Assembly (NCBI GenBank): GCA_964444685.1
Contig: CAYUIG010000002.1
Location: 49,586-113,585 of the forward strand
Reading direction: 5' to 3'
DNA length: 64,000 bases
Source of the DNA: an uncultured Gemmatimonadaceae bacterium
GTDB lineage: Bacteria > Gemmatimonadota > Gemmatimonadetes > Longimicrobiales > RSA9
The position numbers were made by a program, and so were the translations under genes. The notes beneath the pieces were generated by a model. It had not been told where the DNA came from. It saw nothing but the letters and a program-made list of their open reading frames with translations, and did no database searches. Of the stretch, positions 28,425 through 37,507 are shown piece after piece (position 1 is the stretch's first letter; the number at the start of each line of letters is the position of its first letter).

Positions 28425-28509
28425 TTCTGGGTCTGGTGTCTGGAGTCTGGGGTCTGGGGTCTGGTTTACTTCGGGGTCGAGTCTCGAGGGTCGGGGGTCG
28501 AGGGTCGAG
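28425..28509. repeat. family-1 element, chimeric copy (GTCTGG array joined to GTCGAG array)
   Basis: TTCTGGGTCTGGTGTCTGGAGTCTGGGGTCTGGGGTCTGG, then TTTACTTCGG, then GGTCGAGTCTCGAGGGTCGGGGGTCGAGGGTCGAG. The two arms are not self-complementary. Confidence 0.85.
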
Positions 28510-28774
28510 CAACTGCGAAGGCGGGTTGCGCCGGCACGTTGCACCGCCCAAACAGAAATTCTCCCGCAGTTCTCCGCGTCCCCGGCGTCTCTGCGGTGAA
28601 TGAAGTTTCCCGTCCCGGCGAAGACGCCTTCCCACGAGCGCAACGACACGAGGAGCCGCGGAGCGCCCGGAAATCACGCAAGCTCAAGAACGACAACAAC
28701 TCCCCGGGCTCGCCGCGGAGCGGCCCGGAACCTTCCTGTCTGCCACGGACCGACGTAGCTTGACCGCAACCCGG

Positions 28775-31210
28775 ATGATGATGGACACCCTGCGGAAGGA
28801 CCTTGCCTTCGCGCTCCGCTCGCTCGTGCGGAGCCCGGGACTCACGGCTGCCGCCGTGTTGTGCCTCGCCCTCGGCATCGGCGCCACGGCTACGACATGG
28901 AGCGTGCTGCGCGCGCTCGTGCTCGAGCCGGTGCCCGTCGCCGATGGCGATCGCGTCGTGCGGATCACGGAGCTGCCGCCCAATACGACACCCGACGTCA
29001 ACGGCGCATCGGCGGCCGCGTACCATGCGTGGCGCGAGGCGCGTGCGTTCGATGACGTCGCCGCCTACCGCTTCTGGCAGGTGAGTGTCACGGGCACGCA
29101 GGAGCCGGAGCGCGTGATCGGATTCCGCGTGTCACCGGGCTTCTTCGAGATCCTGGGTGCGCGGCCGCTGCTGGGCCGCTCGCTCACGCGCGCCGATGTC
29201 GAGGCCGGCGGCGACCGCCTCGTCGTCATTGCGGAACCCCTGTGGCGCCGCGTGTTCGCCGCGGATCCCGCCGCGATCGGCCAGAGCATCCGCCTGGACG
29301 GCGAGCCGTACCGCATCGTCGGCGTGATGCCCGCGGAGTTCATCTTCCCGCCCGGCGGCGAGCTGTGGGCGCCGCTCACGTTCACACCCGCACAGGCGGC
29401 GGATGCCGGGCCGAACAACCATTCGGTCATCGCACGGCTCGCGAGCGGTGTCACGCTCGCGCAGGCGGAATCGGAGGCGCGCGCGCTGCACGCACGCATC
29501 GTCGCCGCGCATCCGGACGAGCGCACGGCCGACTGGACCGCACTCGTCGAGCCGGTGCAGCACTGGTACGCCCGCAATCCGCGCCCGTACGTGGCCGTGA
29601 TGATGGGCTCCGTCACGCTCGTGCTGCTGATCGGCTGCGCGAACGTCGCGAATCTGCTGCTTGCGCGCGCCACGTCCCGCGACCGTGAGGTGGCCGTTCG
29701 CATGGCGCTCGGCGCAGGCCGCGTCCGCATCCTGCGCCAGCTCCTCACCGAGAGCATCGTGCTCGCCTGTGCAGCCGGACTCGTCGGCGTGCTGCTCGCA
29801 CTCTGGGGCGTGTTCGCGTTCCGCAACTCCATCCCGCCCGAACTCGTCCGCTTCAATGCCGGCTGGACGCGCATCGGCGTCGACGGCTCCGTGCTCTTGT
29901 TCATTGCACTCGTGAGCATCGGCACCGGCGTGCTGTTCGGGCTCGCGCCCGCACTCCAGCTCGCGCGCGCGGACGTGCAGGGTGTGCTGCGCGAGAACGC
30001 GCGGACCACGACGAGCGCCGCCGGGCGACGTCGCCTGCGCAGCCTGCTCGTCGTTTCAGAAATCGCACTCGCCCTCACGCTGCTCGTGGGCACCGGCCTC
30101 ATGCTGCGCAGCTTCCTCACGCTCGTGAACGCCGATCCCGGCTTTCGCACGGGCGGCACACTCACGCTGCAGGTCTCGCTGCCGCGCGAGGGGTATGCGG
30201 CGGCTGGTGAGACCGCGGGCTTCTTCCGCGAACTCGAGCGGCGCGTCCTCGCGATTCCCGGCGTGCTCGCGGTCGGGCAGTCCAGCATCCTGCCGATGGA
30301 CTACTCGGACTTCCAGACGCGCGTGCGCAGCGACGCACTCGTGGATGCGCGCGAGGGGGATCTGCCGATCGTGCGCACGCGCGCCGTCACGCCCGGCTAC
30401 TTCGATGCACTCGAGCTGCGGCCGGTCGCCGGCCGCGTGTTCGATGCGCGCGACACGGAGAATGCGCCGAACGTGGCGGTCGTGAGCCGTTCCTTCGCGC
30501 GCCGCTTCTGGCCGGATGAGGACCCGGTCGGCAAGCGCATCCAGGTGATCTTCGATACGGCGTGGATCCGTGTGGTCGGCGTCGTCGACGACATCCGCCA
30601 CAATCCCAACGCGGGCGGGGACGCCGTGCTGCCGACCTTCCACAGGCCGCACGCGCAGTCATCCGCACGCTCGATGGCCATGCTCGTGAACACGGCCGGA
30701 TCGCCCGACGAGCTGGCGCCGGCCGTGCGACGCGCGGTCGCCTCGATGGATCCGGCGGTCGCGCCCGGAGAGATGCGCACGATGGAGCGCGTCGTCCACA
30801 ACGCGCTCGCACCGCAGCGCACCACCACGCGTACGCTCGCGCTCTTCGGCATCGTCGCGGTCGTGCTCGCCACGATCGGCACGTACGGCGTGATCGCGTA
30901 CACCGTGCGTCAGCGCACCGATGAGCTGGCCATCCGCATGGCGCTCGGCGCCGCCCGCGCCGACATCGCGCGGCTCGTGCTCCGCCAGGGCGGTGGCCTC
31001 GTCCTGGCCGGCATCGGCCTCGGTCTCGTCGGCGCCACGGCACTCGCGCGCTCCATGCGCGCCATCACCTTCGAGACCGGTGCATTCGACCCGCTCGCGT
31101 TCACCCTGGCCGCGGCCACGGTCGGCGCGGTCGGCCTGCTCGCCTGCTGGCTGCCCGCATACCGCGCCTCGCGATCGGAACCAGCCAGACTACTGCGGGG
31201 TCCGCAGTAA
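28775..31210 (+). CDS. ADOP-family duplicated permease (second copy)
   Basis: MMMDTLRKDLAFALRSLVRSPGLT N-terminus and two FtsX modules. The TAA stop lies inside a repeat half-element. Confidence 0.9.
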   Translation: MMMDTLRKDLAFALRSLVRSPGLTAAAVLCLALGIGATATTWSVLRALVLEPVPVADGDRVVRITELPPNTTPDVNGASAAAYHAWREARAFDDVAAYRFWQVSVTGTQEPERVIGFRVSPGFFEILGARPLLGRSLTRADVEAGGDRLVVIAEPLWRRVFAADPAAIGQSIRLDGEPYRIVGVMPAEFIFPPGGELWAPLTFTPAQAADAGPNNHSVIARLASGVTLAQAESEARALHARIVAAHPDERTADWTALVEPVQHWYARNPRPYVAVMMGSVTLVLLIGCANVANLLLARATSRDREVAVRMALGAGRVRILRQLLTESIVLACAAGLVGVLLALWGVFAFRNSIPPELVRFNAGWTRIGVDGSVLLFIALVSIGTGVLFGLAPALQLARADVQGVLRENARTTTSAAGRRRLRSLLVVSEIALALTLLVGTGLMLRSFLTLVNADPGFRTGGTLTLQVSLPREGYAAAGETAGFFRELERRVLAIPGVLAVGQSSILPMDYSDFQTRVRSDALVDAREGDLPIVRTRAVTPGYFDALELRPVAGRVFDARDTENAPNVAVVSRSFARRFWPDEDPVGKRIQVIFDTAWIRVVGVVDDIRHNPNAGGDAVLPTFHRPHAQSSARSMAMLVNTAGSPDELAPAVRRAVASMDPAVAPGEMRTMERVVHNALAPQRTTTRTLALFGIVAVVLATIGTYGVIAYTVRQRTDELAIRMALGAARADIARLVLRQGGGLVLAGIGLGLVGATALARSMRAITFETGAFDPLAFTLAAATVGAVGLLACWLPAYRASRSEPARLLRGPQ

Positions 31211-31240
31211 ACCAGACACCAGACTCCAGACCCCAGACCC
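31207..31240. repeat. family-1 half-element (right arm only: GTAAACCAGACACCAGACTCCAGACCCCAGACCC)
   Basis: Matches the CCGTAAACCAGACCCCAGAC junction of the full copy at 61432-61450. Confidence 0.85.
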
Positions 31241-31264
31241 GAAGGCGTCAGACGAACACGTCAG

Positions 31265-32632
31265 ATGAAACCGATCCGCAACGGCACAGCCAGAGTTCTC
31301 ATAGCCGACGACCAGCAGGACGTGCTGGTCGCGCTCCGCATGCTGCTTTCGGAAGAAGGCTTCACGCTGACGACCGCGACCACACCGGACGCGGTGCTGC
31401 GCGCGCTCGACGAGGAGTCGTTCGATGCGGTCGTGATGGACCTCAATTATTCGCGCGACACCACGTCGGGGAAGGAGGGGCTCACGCTCCTCCAGTGCAT
31501 CCGCGCACAGGATGACACACTGCCGGTGATCGTCATGACTGCGTGGGGCAGTGTGGACGGTGCGGTCACCGCCATGCGCAATGGCGCCAACGACTACATC
31601 CAGAAGCCGTGGGAGGACGAGCGGCTGGTCGCGACGCTGCGCACACAGGTGGAGCTGGCGCAGGCGGTGCGGCGCGCGCGGCTGCTGGAAGCGCAGAACG
31701 AGCGGCTCCAGGTGAAGGGACTGCCCGTCATGATCGCCGAGTCGCCGGTCATGCGGCCAGTCTTCGAGGTGATGAATCGGGTCGCGAACTCCGATGCCAC
31801 CGTGCTCATCACCGGTGAGCACGGCACCGGCAAGGAGGTCGTCGCGCAGTGGCTGCACGCCGCATCCGGCAGGAAGGACAAGCCGCTGGTCACGGTGAAC
31901 GCCGGCGGGTTGTCGGAAGGCGTCGCCGAGAGCGAGCTCTTCGGTCACGTGAAGGGTGCGTTCACCGATGCGCGGCAGGACCGCATCGGCTGCTTCGAGC
32001 TGGCGAACGGCGGCACGCTCTTCCTCGACGAGATCGCCAACATGCCGGCCAAGCTGCAGGCCAAGCTCCTGCGCGTGCTCCAGACCGGCGACATCCAGCG
32101 CGTCGGCTCCTCGCGCACGATCCACGTCGACGTGCGCGTCATCTGCGCCACCAACGCCGACATCGCGGCCGAGATCCAGGAGGGGCGCTTCCGCGAGGAC
32201 CTGCTGTATCGGCTGAACACCGTCGAGATCCGGCTGCCGCCGCTGCGCGAACGCGGCGACGACATCCTCCTCCTCGCCGCCCACTTCCTCGCCTCGTTCG
32301 CCGCACGCTACGGCCGCAGCATGGCCGGCTTCGATCCGGCCGCGCAGTCGGCGCTGCGCGCGCACACGTGGCCTGGCAACGTGCGCGAACTGGCGCATGC
32401 GGTCGAGCGCGCGGTGCTGATGGCGCAGGGTGAGCGCATCACCGCACGCGACCTCGGCCTGCACACGCGCGAGCCGGCGCGCGGCGAGGATGAGATGACA
32501 CTCGAGGAGGCGGAGCGCGCATTCATCCGCAAGGTGCTGGCGAAGCACGCGGGCAACGTGCTCGCCGCTGCGGAGCAGCTCGGCATGAGCCGCAGCGCGC
32601 TCTATCGCAGGATCCAGCAGTACGGCCTGTAG
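31265..32632 (+). CDS. sigma-54-dependent response regulator (NtrC family: REC + AAA+ + Fis HTH)
   Basis: VLIADDQQDV..AVVMDLNY receiver, GEHGTGKE Walker A, ESELFGHVKGAFTDA loop, C-terminal HTH. Confidence 0.9.
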   Translation: MKPIRNGTARVLIADDQQDVLVALRMLLSEEGFTLTTATTPDAVLRALDEESFDAVVMDLNYSRDTTSGKEGLTLLQCIRAQDDTLPVIVMTAWGSVDGAVTAMRNGANDYIQKPWEDERLVATLRTQVELAQAVRRARLLEAQNERLQVKGLPVMIAESPVMRPVFEVMNRVANSDATVLITGEHGTGKEVVAQWLHAASGRKDKPLVTVNAGGLSEGVAESELFGHVKGAFTDARQDRIGCFELANGGTLFLDEIANMPAKLQAKLLRVLQTGDIQRVGSSRTIHVDVRVICATNADIAAEIQEGRFREDLLYRLNTVEIRLPPLRERGDDILLLAAHFLASFAARYGRSMAGFDPAAQSALRAHTWPGNVRELAHAVERAVLMAQGERITARDLGLHTREPARGEDEMTLEEAERAFIRKVLAKHAGNVLAAAEQLGMSRSALYRRIQQYGL

Positions 32633-32635
32633 CGA

Positions 32636-34003
32636 ATGATCGAAGCCCGGACGGCGCGTCGCAGCCTCGAGCGGACCGTCGTCCGGCTCGTCCTGATCGG
32701 CGGACTGCCCGCAGTCGTTTCAGCGATCTGGCTCGTATGGGTGGGGCCGTACGGACCGGAGCTGCGCTGGACGCTCACCACGCTGCTGCCCGCGTTCTGG
32801 CTCGGTGCCGCAGCCGTCGCATGGAACCGCACGCTTCGACCGCTCCAGCTCCTCGTCAATCTCCTCGGTGCACTCAGGGAAGGGGACTACTCGCTGCGCG
32901 GCGCGGGCGCCGGTGCGGGGGATCCGCTCGGTGACGTCCTTGCCGAGGTCAACGCGCTCGGCGACACGCTCCACCGCCAGCGCCTGTCCGCCGTCGAGGC
33001 GACGGCGCTCCTCTCCAGCATCCTGCGCGAGATCGATGTCGCGATCTTCGCGTTCGATGAGTTCGACAGACTGCGCGTGGTGAACCGCGCGGCCGCCGAC
33101 CTGCTGCAGCGCTCGCAGGCCGAGCTGCTCGGGCTCGCTGCCACGGACGTCGGACTCGGTGAGCTGCTGACGGGTGATGCGCCGCGCACCGTCGAGCGCG
33201 CGTTCCCCGGCGGACGCGGACGGTGGGAGATCCGGCGCAGCGAGTTCCGGCAGGACGGCCGGCCGCATCGCCTGCTCGTGCTCGCGGACCTGAGTCGCGC
33301 ACTGCGCGAAGAAGAGCGGCAGGCGTGGCAGCGCATCGTACGCGTGCTCTCGCACGAGATCAACAACTCGCTCGCGCCGATTCAGTCCATCGCGCGCAGC
33401 GTGCGCCGCATCCTCGATCGCGAGCTGGCCGACTCACCGCGCGTGAGCGAGGTCTACGAAGGTCTCGATGTCATCGCCGGCCGTGCAGGATCGCTTGGCA
33501 AGCTCATGTCCGAGTACGCGCGTCTCGCGAAGCTGCCAGCACCGAAGCTCCGGCCCGTGAACGTGGAAGAGCTGATACGCGGCGTCGTCGGCATCGAGCA
33601 GCGCGTCCCAGTACGGGTCGTCGTCCCGTCGACACCAGACGCCAGTCTCGAGTCTCCCGACTCCCGACTCATGGCCGACAGGCCCCAACTGGAGCAGGCG
33701 CTGATCAATCTCGTGCGCAACGCGGCCGACGCGTCGCTCGAAACGGCAGGCGAGGTGCGGATCTCATGGCACGCAAACGAGGACGCCGTCGAGATCCGCA
33801 TCGAGGATGACGGGCCGGGCATCGAGAATCCCGGCAACCTCTTCGTGCCGTTCTTCACCACGAAGCCGGATGGCTCCGGCATCGGCCTCGCACTCTCGCG
33901 CCAGATCGCCGAAGCGCACGGCGGCAGCCTCACCCTCGAGAACCGCACTCACCGCACCGGCGCACGCGCCGTACTCCGCATTCCCATTGCGGAGCGTGCG
34001 TAG
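32636..34003 (+). CDS. sensor histidine kinase (2 TM, HAMP/PAS-like, HisKA, HATPase_c), NtrB-like partner
   Basis: H-box VLSHEINNSLAPI, N-box LINLVRNAADA, G-boxes DDGPGI and GSGIGL. Starts 3 nt after the regulator stop. Confidence 0.85.
   Translation: MIEARTARRSLERTVVRLVLIGGLPAVVSAIWLVWVGPYGPELRWTLTTLLPAFWLGAAAVAWNRTLRPLQLLVNLLGALREGDYSLRGAGAGAGDPLGDVLAEVNALGDTLHRQRLSAVEATALLSSILREIDVAIFAFDEFDRLRVVNRAAADLLQRSQAELLGLAATDVGLGELLTGDAPRTVERAFPGGRGRWEIRRSEFRQDGRPHRLLVLADLSRALREEERQAWQRIVRVLSHEINNSLAPIQSIARSVRRILDRELADSPRVSEVYEGLDVIAGRAGSLGKLMSEYARLAKLPAPKLRPVNVEELIRGVVGIEQRVPVRVVVPSTPDASLESPDSRLMADRPQLEQALINLVRNAADASLETAGEVRISWHANEDAVEIRIEDDGPGIENPGNLFVPFFTTKPDGSGIGLALSRQIAEAHGGSLTLENRTHRTGARAVLRIPIAERA
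33631..33670. repeat. family-1 repeat segment embedded in-frame in the kinase CDS
   Basis: GACACCAGACGCCAGTCTCGAGTCTCCCGACTCCCGACTC encodes TPDASLESPDSRL just upstream of the N-box. Confidence 0.7.
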
Positions 34004-34014
34004 CGCCGGGTCGC

Positions 34015-34251
34015 CTACTGCTGTTTCCGGTACACCCTGTCCAGCGCGGACTCGTACTCCTCGTCCGTGATCCGGCCGTTCACCCACGCGCGCTGCAGCT
34101 CCGTCACAGGATCGGGACGCGGCAGCTCGGGCGCACGCGTGGCCGTCGTACCGCGGCCGTGCGGGAGCGCGCGCGGACGGCAGCTGGAACTGCCCTGGAT
34201 CACATTCCTCAGCACGACGAACAGAATCACCAGCAGCAACCACTCGGGCAT
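34015..34251 (-). CDS. small membrane-anchored SHOCT-like domain protein
   Basis: N-terminal TM MPEWLLLVILFVVL and C-terminal LQRAWVNGRITDEEYESALDRV, which resembles the SHOCT motif. Starts 2 nt after the padR stop. Confidence 0.55.
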   Translation of the reverse strand: MPEWLLLVILFVVLRNVIQGSSSCRPRALPHGRGTTATRAPELPRPDPVTELQRAWVNGRITDEEYESALDRVYRKQQ

Positions 34252-34253
34252 CG

Positions 34254-34811
34254 TCAGGCCTCCTTCCGCTGGCGGACATCGCGCGTTGCACGATCGATCA
34301 CGTCTCGCAACTCCTTCAGCGCATCGGTGTTCCCCGCGCGGCGCATCGCCTCCTCGAAGCTCGCCTGCGCGAAACGCACGAACGACTTCGTCACTTCGCC
34401 CATCGCGGGACCCGTGAAGCGATCCGCCATCGCGCTGATCCGATCCGTCACATCGTCGACCCGCTCGCTGTGCTCCGTCAGGAACGCACGACCCGCCTCC
34501 GTGATCGTGTACACGCGCTTGCCGTCACGATCCTCCGACGTCACGTAACCTTGGTCCTGGAGCAGCTGCAGCACCGGATACACGGAACCCGGACTCGCCG
34601 AATACCAGCCGCCGGCTTCCGCCTCCAGCGCCTGCATCACCTCGTAGCCGTGCATCGGCTTCTCCCACAGCAGCCGCAGGATTACGTACTTCAGGTCGCC
34701 GCGGTCGAATACACGCTTGCGCGGACCCCGCTTCCCGAAATCCGGCCCGCACGCCGCCGCCCACGGCCCGAATCCCCAGTCACCCCAGCCACCAAAGCCT
34801 GCGCGACCCAT
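34254..34811 (-). CDS. PadR-family transcriptional regulator
   Basis: LKYVILRLLWEKPMHGYEVMQALE....W..SPGSVYPVLQLLQDQGYV winged-helix signature. Start moved to the Met with GAGGAGG 6 nt upstream. The track extension translates a repeat. Confidence 0.85.
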   Translation of the reverse strand: MGRAGFGGWGDWGFGPWAAACGPDFGKRGPRKRVFDRGDLKYVILRLLWEKPMHGYEVMQALEAEAGGWYSASPGSVYPVLQLLQDQGYVTSEDRDGKRVYTITEAGRAFLTEHSERVDDVTDRISAMADRFTGPAMGEVTKSFVRFAQASFEEAMRRAGNTDALKELRDVIDRATRDVRQRKEA

Positions 34812-34826
34812 CGCATCCTCCTCGAA

Positions 34827-34857
34827 GCTCGACTCCCGACTCCTGACTCTCGACTCC
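34827..34857. repeat. family-1 half-element (GCTCGACTCCCGACTCCTGACTCTCGACTCC)
   Basis: Same CTCCCGACTC units as 12730-12751 and 33651-33670. Confidence 0.8.
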
Positions 34858-34966
34858 ATACGTTCCGATATATCGCGAAGTTTCGCGATCCCGGATCTGA
34901 TTTACGGGACGGAACTTGCATGATGGGGAGGGGAACCCTCACGGCGAACCAGAAGGAGGCAGCAGT

Positions 34967-35338
34967 ATGGCGCAGGAGAGGGAAGGCAGCCGGATGACGG
35001 ACAGGTCGGCGAACCGCACGACGGATCGAACCACGCGCGAGCCCGGGTCGAGCTGGAGCGACGAGTCACGCTGGTGGCGTGAGAACTGGCAGAGCCGTCC
35101 GTACGTGCGCGAGGGTCGGCGGTTCGAGGATTACGAGCCGGGCTATCGGTACGGCTTCGAGTCCGCGTCGCGGCAACAGGGCCGGTCGTGGGATGAAGCG
35201 GAGCCGGAGCTGCGTGCGGGCTGGGATCGGTACGAGCACAAGGGCCGGTCGACGTGGGAAGAGATCAAGGACTCCGTCCGTGATGCATGGGAGCACCTGA
35301 CGGGATCGGACCGGGAGCACGGCCGCCACGATCGGTGA
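34967..35338 (+). CDS. hypothetical hydrophilic W/R/E-rich protein
   Basis: AAGGAGG RBS 7 nt upstream of the ATG. 123 aa, no TM, repeated W-x-x-x-W / YRYG motifs. Confidence 0.55.
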   Translation: MAQEREGSRMTDRSANRTTDRTTREPGSSWSDESRWWRENWQSRPYVREGRRFEDYEPGYRYGFESASRQQGRSWDEAEPELRAGWDRYEHKGRSTWEEIKDSVRDAWEHLTGSDREHGRHDR

Positions 35339-35426
35339 CACGAAGGTCGGTCGGAGCGATGCAGTAGTCGCGGGGGTGGCGCGTGTTGCGCCGCCCCCGT
35401 TTTCGCAACAACCACAGGAGGTGTGC

Positions 35427-35720
35427 ATGGCCGGACGCGGGAAGGACCGTTCGCGCGGCGAGGAGCGAAACGTCAACGAGCCGCAGCGTGGCCGCCAGCA
35501 GGGCGAGGGGCTGTTGGGTTCGGAGCGAGGCAAGCAGCGCGGTCAGGAGCAGAACATCGAACGGTCGAAGCAGGGCAAGTCGGGACGCGAGCAGTCGGGC
35601 TCCGAGCAGGAGAACGTCCGCCGCGGTGTGGGCCGCGAGCATGGCACACAGTCGGACGGCGGCGCCGAGCGTGAGTTTGAAGGCGAGGGGATCGGGGAAG
35701 GGGACCTGGACGAGCGCTGA
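35427..35720 (+). CDS. hypothetical highly charged, low-complexity protein (G/Q/R/E-rich)
   Basis: AGGAGG RBS. 97 aa rich in GRxxQG/ERGKQ repeats, reminiscent of small stress-type disordered proteins. Confidence 0.5.
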   Translation: MAGRGKDRSRGEERNVNEPQRGRQQGEGLLGSERGKQRGQEQNIERSKQGKSGREQSGSEQENVRRGVGREHGTQSDGGAEREFEGEGIGEGDLDER

Positions 35721-35777
35721 TACGCGATGTCGGGCCGCGGGCCGGTGGCGCAGCGCGCGTCACCGGCCCGCGCGCGT

Positions 35778-36191
35778 TCATTCCGGGACCAGGGTCAGCA
35801 GTACGCGGTAGTCGCGCTGCGGGATCTCGCGGTCCGTGCGTGGCAGCGGCTCGAGGTCCCCGATCCGGAACGTACGCCCGGCGAACGCAACACTAAGTGG
35901 CTCCGTCGCCGTGTTGAGCGACACATTCCGCGTTTCCGCGCCCGCGGTAAGTCGCAGCGTGATGCTGCCGTTCCCTTCCCAGACGCACTGCACGTCCGTC
36001 GGGCAGCGCGAGTCCTCCGTCACGTCGACGAACACGATCTCGATCCCGTCCACCTGCGCGGTCGTTCCCGCAGACATCCGCACGGTCACCGTGTCACCGT
36101 TCGCCACCTCGACGAGCGCCGGTTCGTGCGCCGTGGGTCCGCCGCACGCAGAAGCGCCAGCCGCAAGTGCGAGCAGCCATGCATTCCTCAT
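35778..36191 (-). CDS. hypothetical lipoprotein
   Basis: MRNAWLLALAAGASACGG lipobox and a DSRCPTDVQCVWEG Cys motif. Begins 8 nt downstream of the serpin stop on the same strand. Confidence 0.6.
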   Translation of the reverse strand: MRNAWLLALAAGASACGGPTAHEPALVEVANGDTVTVRMSAGTTAQVDGIEIVFVDVTEDSRCPTDVQCVWEGNGSITLRLTAGAETRNVSLNTATEPLSVAFAGRTFRIGDLEPLPRTDREIPQRDYRVLLTLVPE

Positions 36192-36198
36192 GTTCGCC

Positions 36199-37419
36199 TC
36201 ATTCCGTTGCGGTCGGATCGCCGACGCGTCCCATGAACAGCAGCGTGCCCGATCCGCGCTCGCGAATCGCGAACACGAACGGGCGGTCGAATTCGATGCT
36301 CGGCGGTGCCGATGTCACGGAGACGCCGACGGCCGTTGCCGCAGCGGCTTCGGTGCCCAGCTCGTGCACGTCGATGAACGACTTGTGCTCGACGCGTGAG
36401 ATGTAGAGGTCGTCGCGCGCGCGCGTGATCCGGTCGAAGTCCGCGAGCGCCGGATCGAACGCGACGCCCATCCCGAGTTCGCGCAGCGCATCGTTCAGCC
36501 GATCTCCCCACGTGAAGCGGAACTTCGGCACCATGAGCTGGATGCGTCCAGGCTGCATCGCGTCCAGCCACTGCTGCCACTGCGACGGTGTGAGCTCCGC
36601 CACGAGATCGTCGAGCGTGCGGCCGTCTGCCGGCATGAGCACGACCATCGAGAACGCGCTATCCGCGTACAGCAGTTCGACGCCGACGACGTCGTCGTTC
36701 TGGAAGTGGAGGTAGCGCGCATCCTGCGACATGCGTGGCGCGGTGACGGTGCTGCCGCCCTCAAGGTGGAACGGCGCGTCGTGCGTGCCGTGCTCGTTGA
36801 ACGGCTGTGTCCACGGCGCCTTGAAGTAGACCGCATTCACGAGGAACAGCACCTCGAGCGGATCGATCTGCCTGATCAGGTCCTTGATCCTGCCGCCCGT
36901 CGCGTCCTCCGCCCAGCCGCTGATCGTGGCGGGCGCGGACGGCGCGGAGAAGTCGAGGTCGCGCACCTCCGCATCGAACGTCTCGCGCACGGCATCCAGG
37001 AACGGCTGCTCGATGGGGAAGCCGCCGCGGTACCACACCGAGTTCGCGAGCCGGAACTCCACCTTGCGATCGCGCGCACGCAGCTGCGCGATCAGTCCCG
37101 CGTACGCCGCATTGACCTCGTCCTCCGGCAGCGCGCCGAATCCGAGCGCGGCGCGCATGGCGTCGTACGTCTCGCCCTCCGCGCCGTTCATGGTCATGCC
37201 GAGCGCCATGGAAACGCTGAGCGGCGACACCAGCAGATTCGGCTTCTCCACCGCCGCATGCAGCGCGCGGAACAGCCCGAGCCCGAACGCCGTGTTCGCG
37301 GCCGAGACCTCCAGCTCGCGCACCGTGAACGGCCGCGGGTCCTCGATCGGCCCCGTCGTCTCCACCGTGCATCCCGCCATCAGCGCGGCCCCCACGAACG
37401 CCACCTTGCGACGACTCAT
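36199..37419 (-). CDS. serpin-family serine protease inhibitor, lipoprotein-type signal
   Basis: Start at MSRRKVAFVGAALMAGC with GGAGG RBS. N-terminal serpin pattern FAL.L...L......N...SP.S...AL.M...GA.G.T, and C-terminal FDRPFVFAIRE..SGTLLFMGRV.DP typical of serpins. Confidence 0.85.
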   Translation of the reverse strand: MSRRKVAFVGAALMAGCTVETTGPIEDPRPFTVRELEVSAANTAFGLGLFRALHAAVEKPNLLVSPLSVSMALGMTMNGAEGETYDAMRAALGFGALPEDEVNAAYAGLIAQLRARDRKVEFRLANSVWYRGGFPIEQPFLDAVRETFDAEVRDLDFSAPSAPATISGWAEDATGGRIKDLIRQIDPLEVLFLVNAVYFKAPWTQPFNEHGTHDAPFHLEGGSTVTAPRMSQDARYLHFQNDDVVGVELLYADSAFSMVVLMPADGRTLDDLVAELTPSQWQQWLDAMQPGRIQLMVPKFRFTWGDRLNDALRELGMGVAFDPALADFDRITRARDDLYISRVEHKSFIDVHELGTEAAAATAVGVSVTSAPPSIEFDRPFVFAIRERGSGTLLFMGRVGDPTATE

Positions 37420-37507
37420 GTCCACCTCCGTCTCTCCCATACGACGCGCGAGCCCCTTGTTCTTCGCACATGGCCGGGCTGGCCCGGAGCTTGTATGCTC
37501 CCAACCC

